The notes under the pieces: model-generated
Database searches by the model: none
Seen by the model: the letters and a program-made list of their open reading frames with translations, nothing else
Told to the model about the DNA's origin: nothing
In this document: one piece after another, positions 1-5,175 of the stretch
Layout of the letters: each line of letters begins with the position of its first letter
Numbering within the stretch: the stretch's first letter is position 1
Source: a virus
Virus genome (UHGV): UHGV-0335014
DNA length: 10,846 bases
Reading direction: 5' to 3' (one strand)
Position numbers and translations under genes: made by a program

Positions 1-2706
1 ACGCTGAATGATTTTCTTGGTGCCATGACTGAGGATGATGTCCGTCCGGAGGCACTGCGCCGTTTTGAGCTGATGGTGGAAGAGGTGGCGCGTAACGCGT
101 CCGCGGTGGCACAGAACACGGCAGCCGCGAAGAAGTCAGCCGGCGATGCCGGCACATCTGCCCGTGAGGCGGCAACCCATGCGACTGATGCTGCAGGCTC
201 AGCACGCGCAGCCAGCACGTCAGCCGGACAGGCCGCTTCGTCGGCTCAGTCAGCGTCTTCCAGCGCAGGAACGGCATCAACAAAGGCCACTGAAGCGGAA
301 AAAAGTGCTGCCGCTGCAGAGTCCTCAAAAAGCGCGGCGGCCACCAGTGCCGGTGCCGCGAAAACGTCAGAAACGAATGCTGCAGCGTCACAAAAATCAG
401 CAGCCACTTCTGCATCCACTGCGACGACGAAAGCGTCAGAAGCCGCCACTTCAGCCCGGGATGCGGCGGCCTCAAAAGAGGCAGCGAAATCATCAGAAAC
501 GAACGCATCATCAAGCGCCAGTAGTGCCGCTTCCTCGGCAACGGCGGCAGCAAATTCTGCGAAGGCGGCAAAAACGTCCGAGACGAACGCCAGGTCTTCT
601 GAAACGGCAGCGGAACAGAGCGCCTCAGCTGCGGCAGACTCTGAGACAACAGCTGCATCATCGGCCCGTGAGGCGTCCATTAAGGCAGAGGAGGCAGCAG
701 TCAGTGCCACCGCCGCCGGAAAATCGGCAGAAAGCGCCGCATCATCCGCTTCAACAGCCACAACGAAGGCTGGCGAAGCCACTGAACAGGCCAGCGCAGC
801 AGCGAGGTCTGCTTCCGCAGCGAAGACATCCGAAACGAACGCGATAGCGTCGGAAACCAGCGCAGAATCCTCAAAAACGGCTGCCGCATCGTCCGCCAGT
901 TCGGCGGCGTCATCGGCATCATCGGCGTCTGCTTCAAAAGATGAGGCGACCAGACAGGCGTCAGCAGCGAGGGGCAGCGCCACGACGGCATCCACGAAGG
1001 CGACAGAGGCTGCTGGCAGTGCGGCAGCGGCAGCACAGAGCAAAAGTACGGCAGAATCCGCAGCAACGCGCGCCGAGACAGCAGCAAAACGGGCAGAGGA
1101 TATTGCATCCGCCGTGGCGCTTGAGGATGCGAGCACGACGAAAAAGGGGATAGTACAGCTCAGTAGTGCGACTAACAGCACTTCCGAGTCACTGGCGGCA
1201 ACACCAAAAGCCGTTAAGGCCGCGTATGACCTAGCTAACGGGAAATACACCGCACAGGATGCAACGACAGCACAGAAAGGGATAATCCAGCTAAGCAGCG
1301 CGACCAACAGCACGTCTGAAACGCTGGCGGCAACGCCAAAGGCAGTAAAAGCAGCCAATGACAATGCTGAGAAACGTCTGCAGAAAGATCAGAACGGTGC
1401 GGATATCCCTGGCAAAGATACCTTTACGAAAAATATTGGTGCCTGCCGTGCCTTCGGTGGGTCAGTAAGCACAACAACAGGAAACTGGACGACTGCACAG
1501 TTTATCGAGTGGCTGGATTCTCAGGGAGCATTTAACCATCCATACTGGATGTGCAAGGGTTCCTGGTCTTATGGCAATAATAAAATCATTACTGATACTG
1601 ACTGCGGTAATATTCATCTCGCCGGAGCTGTCATTGAAGTAATGGGGATAAAGTCAGCGATGACGATCCGCATTACCACACCGACCACCTCCACTGGTGG
1701 TGGAACAACTAACGCCCAGTTTACCTATATTAATCACGGAACAGATTATTCACCTGGCTGGCGAAGGGACTATAACTCCAGAAATAAGCCAACGGCATCA
1801 GAGATCGGGGCGTTACCGTCAGGTGGAACAGCAGTATCATCAGTTAATCTGGCTTCAAAAGGTCGGGTAACCGCGCTGACAGACAATACGCAGGGGGCAG
1901 CAGGTCTTGAGTTATACGAGGTGTATAACAACGGATATCCAACAGCGTATGGAAATATCATTCACCTGAAAGGGATGACAGCCGTTGGCGAAGGTGAGTT
2001 ACTCATCGGCTGGAGTGGTACAAGCGGTGCTCATGCTCCGGCATTTATTCGTTCACGACGGGATACGACCGACGCAAACTGGTCGCCGTGGGCGCAGCTT
2101 TACACCTCGGCTCATCCTCCTGCAGAGTTTTATCCAGTCGGTGCACCAATCCCGTGGCCATCAGATACCGTTCCGTCTGGTTATGCCCTGATGCAGGGGC
2201 AGACTTTTGACAAATCTGCATACCCGAAACTTGCAGTTGCTTATCCGTCAGGCGTGATCCCTGATATGCGTGGCTGGACGATTAAGGGCAAGCCCGCCAG
2301 TGGTCGGGCCGTATTATCTCAGGAACAGGACGGCATTAAATCGCACACCCACAGCGCCAGCGCATCCAGTACGGATTTGGGGACGAAAACCACATCGTCG
2401 TTTGATTACGGAACTAAATCCACAAATAACACCGGAGCACATACACACAACTTTGCTTACAACAATACTTCAGCATACGCAGAAACTCCCGGTACCGGTG
2501 GTGGAATGCATGCAACTAACACAAGAAAGACAGCAAGTAATCGCGTATTAAGCGCAGGAGCTCATACTCACACAGTAGCAATAGGTGCGCATACACATAA
2601 GCTCGCTATTGGTTCGCACACACACACCATTACCATTGCCGCTTATGGCAACGCGGAAAACACCGTAAAAAACATCGCATTTAACTATATTGTGAGGCTT
2701 GCATAA
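1..2706 (+). CDS. stf: Side tail fibre protein, 5'-truncated at the window edge (lambda Stf-like / P2 gpH-like). Ala/Ser-rich shaft with KTSETNA repeats, a lower-GC central module, and a His-rich HxH C-terminal region.
   Basis: Frame is open from nt 1 (no upstream stop), so the ATG at 25 is probably internal. From memory the translation closely matches lambda Stf (LNDFLxAMTEDD...[13 protein letters not shown] near the N-terminus; [14 protein letters not shown] motif; C-terminal PIPWPSDxVPSGY...[12 protein letters not shown]...[33 protein letters not shown] and the terminal [16 protein letters not shown]). The stop overlaps the tfa start as TAATG. Confidence 0.9.
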   Translation, partial: TLNDFLGAMTEDDVRPEALRRFELMVEEVARNASAVAQNTAAAKKSAGDAGTSAREAATHATDAAGSARAASTSAGQAASSAQSASSSAGTASTKATEAEKSAAAAESSKSAAATSAGAAKTSETNAAASQKSAATSASTATTKASEAATSARDAAASKEAAKSSETNASSSASSAASSATAAANSAKAAKTSETNARSSETAAEQSASAAADSETTAASSAREASIKAEEAAVSATAAGKSAESAASSASTATTKAGEATEQASAAARSASAAKTSETNAIASETSAESSKTAAASSASSAASSASSASASKDEATRQASAARGSATTASTKATEAAGSAAAAAQSKSTAESAATRAETAAKRAEDIASAVALEDASTTKKGIVQLSSATNSTSESLAATPKAVKAAYDLANGKYTAQDATTAQKGIIQLSSATNSTSETLAATPKAVKAANDNAEKRLQKDQNGADIPGKDTFTKNIGACRAFGGSVSTTTGNWTTAQFIEWLDSQGAFNHPYWMCKGSWSYGNNKIITDTDCGNIHLAGAVIEVMGIKSAMTIRITTPTTSTGGGTTNAQFTYINHGTDYSPGWRRDYNSRNKPTASEIGALPSGGTAVSSVNLASKGRVTALTDNTQGAAGLELYEVYNNGYPTAYGNIIHLKGMTAVGEGELLIGWSGTSGAHAPAFIRSRRDTTDANWSPWAQLYTSAHPPAEFYPVGAPIPWPSDTVPSGYALMQGQTFDKSAYPKLAVAYPSGVIPDMRGWTIKGKPASGRAVLSQEQDGIKSHTHSASASSTDLGTKTTSSFDYGTKSTNNTGAHTHNFAYNNTSAYAETPGTGGGMHATNTRKTASNRVLSAGAHTHTVAIGAHTHKLAIGSHTHTITIAAYGNAENTVKNIAFNYIVRLA
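361..842 (+). repeat. Ala/Ser-rich low-complexity shaft region of the tail fibre, with four dispersed copies of a K-T/S-SETNA coding motif
   Basis: Near-identical 20-mers aaaacgtcagaaacgaatgc (361), aaatcatcagaaacgaacgc (488), aaaacgtccgagacgaacgc (570) and aagacatccgaaacgaacgc (823), embedded in GC-rich Ala/Ser codon repeats. Confidence 0.6.
1141..1356 (+). repeat. In-frame tandem duplication inside the tail fibre gene (two diverged copies of the segment encoding K/[28 protein letters not shown])
   Basis: Copy 1 starts at about 1141 (aaaaaggggatagtacagctcagtagtgcgactaacagc...), copy 2 at about 1273 (cagaaagggataatccagctaagcagcgcgaccaacagc...). The two encode nearly identical peptides with many synonymous nucleotide differences. 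Confidence 0.7.
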
Positions 2707-3305
2707 TGGCATTCAGAATGAGTGAACAACCACGAACCATAAAAATTTATAATCTGCTGGCCGGAACCAATGAATTTATTGGTGAAGGTGATGCATACAT
2801 TCCACCTCATACAGGTCTACCTGCAAATAGTACTGATATTGCTCCGCCAGATATTCCAGCTGGCTTCGTGGCTATTTTCAACAGTGATGAGGCATCGTGG
2901 CATCTTGTTGAAGACCATCGGGGTAAAACAGTTTATGACGTGGCATCAGGGGACGCGTTATTTATTTCTGAACTCGGCTCATTACCGGAAAATGTCACCT
3001 GGTTATCCCCGGAAGGGGAGTTTCGGAAGTGGAACGGCACAACGTGGGTGAAAGATGCAGAAGCAGAAAAAGTGTTCCGGATACGGGAGGCGGAAGAAAC
3101 AAAAAACAGCCTCATGCAGGTAGCCAGTGAGCATATTTCGCCACTTCAAGATGCCGTAGATTTGAATATTGCAACAGAGGAAGAAACATCGTTACTGGTG
3201 GCATGGAAGAAGTATCGAGTGCTGCTGAACCGTGTTGATACATCAAGAGCACCGGATATTGAGTGGCCAGCTTCCCCAGTGGAATCAAGGAGTAAACAAG
3301 CATAA
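2706..3305 (+). CDS. tfa: Tail fibre assembly protein (lambda Tfa / P2 gpG family chaperone)
   Basis: 199 aa beginning [44 protein letters not shown], which matches recalled lambda Tfa over nearly its whole length. Start overlaps the stf stop (translational coupling). GC-rich like stf. Confidence 0.9.
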   Translation: MAFRMSEQPRTIKIYNLLAGTNEFIGEGDAYIPPHTGLPANSTDIAPPDIPAGFVAIFNSDEASWHLVEDHRGKTVYDVASGDALFISELGSLPENVTWLSPEGEFRKWNGTTWVKDAEAEKVFRIREAEETKNSLMQVASEHISPLQDAVDLNIATEEETSLLVAWKKYRVLLNRVDTSRAPDIEWPASPVESRSKQA

Positions 3306-3324
3306 AGGCTTTCATTTCAAACCA

Positions 3325-3348
3325 TTGTAGTCCAGTTTTTTGTATAGT
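3325..3348 (+). promoter_or_regulatory. Candidate sigma70-like promoter elements for the cargo gene (TTGTAG ... TATAGT)
   Basis: TATAGT (3343..3348) is a 5/6 match to the -10 consensus and TTGTAG (3325..3330) a 4/6 match to -35, but the spacer is only 12 bp, so this is weak. Placed in the 95-bp gap between the tfa stop and the likely ATG start. Confidence 0.2.
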
Positions 3349-3399
3349 ACCCTGCTCATTTCGGATGACATGTGTGATTTGGAATTTCAGGGTACCATT

Positions 3400-4578
3400 A
3401 TGAATGTTATTTCATCATTAAAACAGCTTAACAGACAGCGAAATATTAAAACAAAAAAGATAAAGACGAAGGCCAGACTGGCATTTCTAAAAATGCGATA
3501 CAGAAGGAAAACATCATTACAGCCGGATAGTTATAAAACAGTGTGCATTTTCATGCACATGCAAGCCATTGGTGACGGCATCGTTACCTCAGGGTTTATT
3601 AAACAACTTCAAAAATCCGGTATGGTGGTATATGTGATAGCACCTTCAAGAGTATCATTCCTCTTTACTGATATTGTTGGCGTGGATGCCTTTATATCTT
3701 ACGAGAAAAATAAATTTAACGAACTAAAAGCAAAGATAAAAAAACTGAATGTAGATCTTGTTGTTGACTTCTCAAATTTTGATAACACAGCGATAACCAG
3801 ATTGCAAACACTACATTTACTTAGACCTAAACACTCTATCTGTTTTAATCATCCTGCCGTAACTATTTTTGATACAAATATAATCGACAATCGTTCCATT
3901 CACACATCTGAAAGAATGAAAAAAGTTTTATCTTTACTAAAGATAAAAAATAATAATTATGCTGCAGCGCTTAATTTTGACAATAAAATATATGAGCCAG
4001 CAAATATTGTTGCAAATGAATTCAGGAAGAAAAACAAAAAATTAGTTATATTTAACCCTTATGGCTCTCAGAATAGCAGAACCTTATCTGATGAACAGAT
4101 AAACAAAGTACTAGCTTACCTTAATAACCTTAAGGGATATCACACAATAGTTTTTAATATGGGAAAACAGATTAATCATAATGGATTGGATAATGTGTCT
4201 CTATCTCCATTTTCTGATGCCGGATGTTCATTTGCATTGGTTCGCCATGCTGATTTTGTTATAACTGTAGATACTGCCATTGTACATTTAGCCAGTGCAT
4301 TAAACATTAGACAATACTGTATATATAATAACAGAATGCATGAAGGAAAATTCGAAAATAATATTGTGTGGGGGCCAAACAGCAAATTAGCGACTCAACT
4401 CACCACATCCGAACATCTAAGGTCTGAAGGGGGCGACGATATGCATAAATTCGACATAATGATCTTAATTAATGCTATCAAACAAGATTTGACAAACGAT
4501 ATACCGAATTACCACTCGGATTTAGGTTGTAAAAATAGATCCAGAAACCCAGAATTAGAAAGTAGCAATTCTTTATAA
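3400..4578 (+). CDS. AT-rich cargo gene: GT-B fold, GT9-like (ADP-heptose heptosyltransferase-like) glycosyltransferase with a Lys/Arg-rich N-terminal extension. Start is uncertain: TTG 3340 (ORF-track start), ATG 3370 or ATG 3400.
   Basis: Long ORF in a markedly AT-rich segment. Translation carries three motifs that line up with LPS heptosyltransferases WaaC/WaaF as recalled: an N-terminal IGDGIVTSGFIKQLQ (cf. IGPSWVGDxxxxxxLxxxLK), a central IFNPYGSQNSRTLSDEQ (cf. GFCPGAEFGPAKRWP) and FVITVDTAIVHLASALN (cf. IVTNDSGLMHVAAALN). An AGGG Shine-Dalgarno candidate lies 8 nt upstream of ATG 3400, and a TATAGT -10-like hexamer overlaps the TTG at 3340, which argues against that start. Confidence 0.7.
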   Translation: MNVISSLKQLNRQRNIKTKKIKTKARLAFLKMRYRRKTSLQPDSYKTVCIFMHMQAIGDGIVTSGFIKQLQKSGMVVYVIAPSRVSFLFTDIVGVDAFISYEKNKFNELKAKIKKLNVDLVVDFSNFDNTAITRLQTLHLLRPKHSICFNHPAVTIFDTNIIDNRSIHTSERMKKVLSLLKIKNNNYAAALNFDNKIYEPANIVANEFRKKNKKLVIFNPYGSQNSRTLSDEQINKVLAYLNNLKGYHTIVFNMGKQINHNGLDNVSLSPFSDAGCSFALVRHADFVITVDTAIVHLASALNIRQYCIYNNRMHEGKFENNIVWGPNSKLATQLTTSEHLRSEGGDDMHKFDIMILINAIKQDLTNDIPNYHSDLGCKNRSRNPELESSNSL

Positions 4579-4631
4579 AGTAGAAACCTCAACAGTTTTA
4601 TCAGGACCTACGATATATTATATAACAACAA

Positions 4632-4665
4632 GCCGCCCATTACCCAATATGAGGGTATTGGCGGC
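4632..4665 (-). terminator. Candidate intrinsic terminator closing the minus-strand tail operon after gpU; may also affect read-through from the plus-strand cargo gene
   Basis: Imperfect stem-loop GCCGCC-cat-TACCC / 8-nt loop / GGGTA-tt-GGCGGC (6+5 bp with a small internal loop), 9 nt beyond the U stop. On the minus strand it is followed by a T-rich tract (TTGTTGTTATATAAT). Lies in the convergent gap between the cargo gene and U. Confidence 0.35.
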
Positions 4666-4674
4666 AATGTAAAA

Positions 4675-5169
4675 TCAGAACAGTCCTTTAACTGAACTGG
4701 TCGCGCTGTTAAGAGATGATGTCACCTTATCTTTGAAGCCGGACAGCATATCGCTGAACGATGAGGATTGCAGGCGCTCCCGCAAATCCTCATCACAGCG
4801 TTCAAGGGTCAGTGAAAATTCTATCTTTTTCGCCTTACCGTAGCGATCAAACTCGGAACGGGTCGTATTCGTTCCGGTCAGGACATACATGCCGTAAATC
4901 TGCCCGACACCATCAATCAAAGGCCAGGGTCGTCCTGTATACGCCTGCGTGGTCAGCAGCGACAGCGACACTTCGCCACCTGTAATTTCAGGATAAAGCA
5001 CACCAGAAAGCACGATGCGATCATCACCTGCACCGATATACTGCCAGCTTGCTGAACGGTTAACGCGTTCATTTTTCACATGCCGCCAGCTTTTGTTTTG
5101 CTGTAACTGCTGATGCGGCAGCGTGCGCAGCTCAAAAACAAACATGCCGTAGATCATCATCATGGCCAT
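4675..5169 (-). CDS. U: Tail protein gpU-like (P2 U family), last gene of the tail operon
   Basis: 164 aa ORF immediately downstream of the tape measure gene on the same strand, which is the canonical position and size for gpU. A GAGGAG Shine-Dalgarno overlaps the T stop. Start may be the ATG at 5163 (the third Met) rather than 5169. Confidence 0.7.
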   Translation of the reverse strand: MAMMMIYGMFVFELRTLPHQQLQQNKSWRHVKNERVNRSASWQYIGAGDDRIVLSGVLYPEITGGEVSLSLLTTQAYTGRPWPLIDGVGQIYGMYVLTGTNTTRSEFDRYGKAKKIEFSLTLERCDEDLRERLQSSSFSDMLSGFKDKVTSSLNSATSSVKGLF

Positions 5170-5175
5170 GACTCC

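Noticed and set aside
146-1364. Long ORFs in alternative frames and on the antisense strand of the fibre gene (146..847 plus, Arg/Pro/Gln-rich; 246..1364 minus, Ala-rich; 701..1108 minus; 941..1153 plus)
   Set aside because: They lie entirely inside the GC-rich, repetitive Ala/Ser-coding region of the tail fibre, where stop codons are rare in every frame. Their translations are low-complexity with no recognisable domain. They are compositional artefacts.
2770-3315. Alternative-frame and antisense ORFs within tfa (2770..3051 plus, 2933..3115 minus, 3112..3315 minus)
   Set aside because: They overlap the well-supported Tfa frame and have no independent features.
4176-4385. 69-aa antisense ORF inside the cargo gene
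   Set aside because: Short, entirely overlapped by the long sense ORF that carries the glycosyltransferase motifs, and with no ribosome-binding site.
3333-4598. 7-bp direct repeat CAGTTTT near both edges of the AT-rich island (about 3333 and about 4592), as possible target-site duplication
   Set aside because: Too short and too AT-rich to be significant in this context. No flanking inverted repeats or recombinase gene were seen, so it is not reported as a mobile-element boundary.
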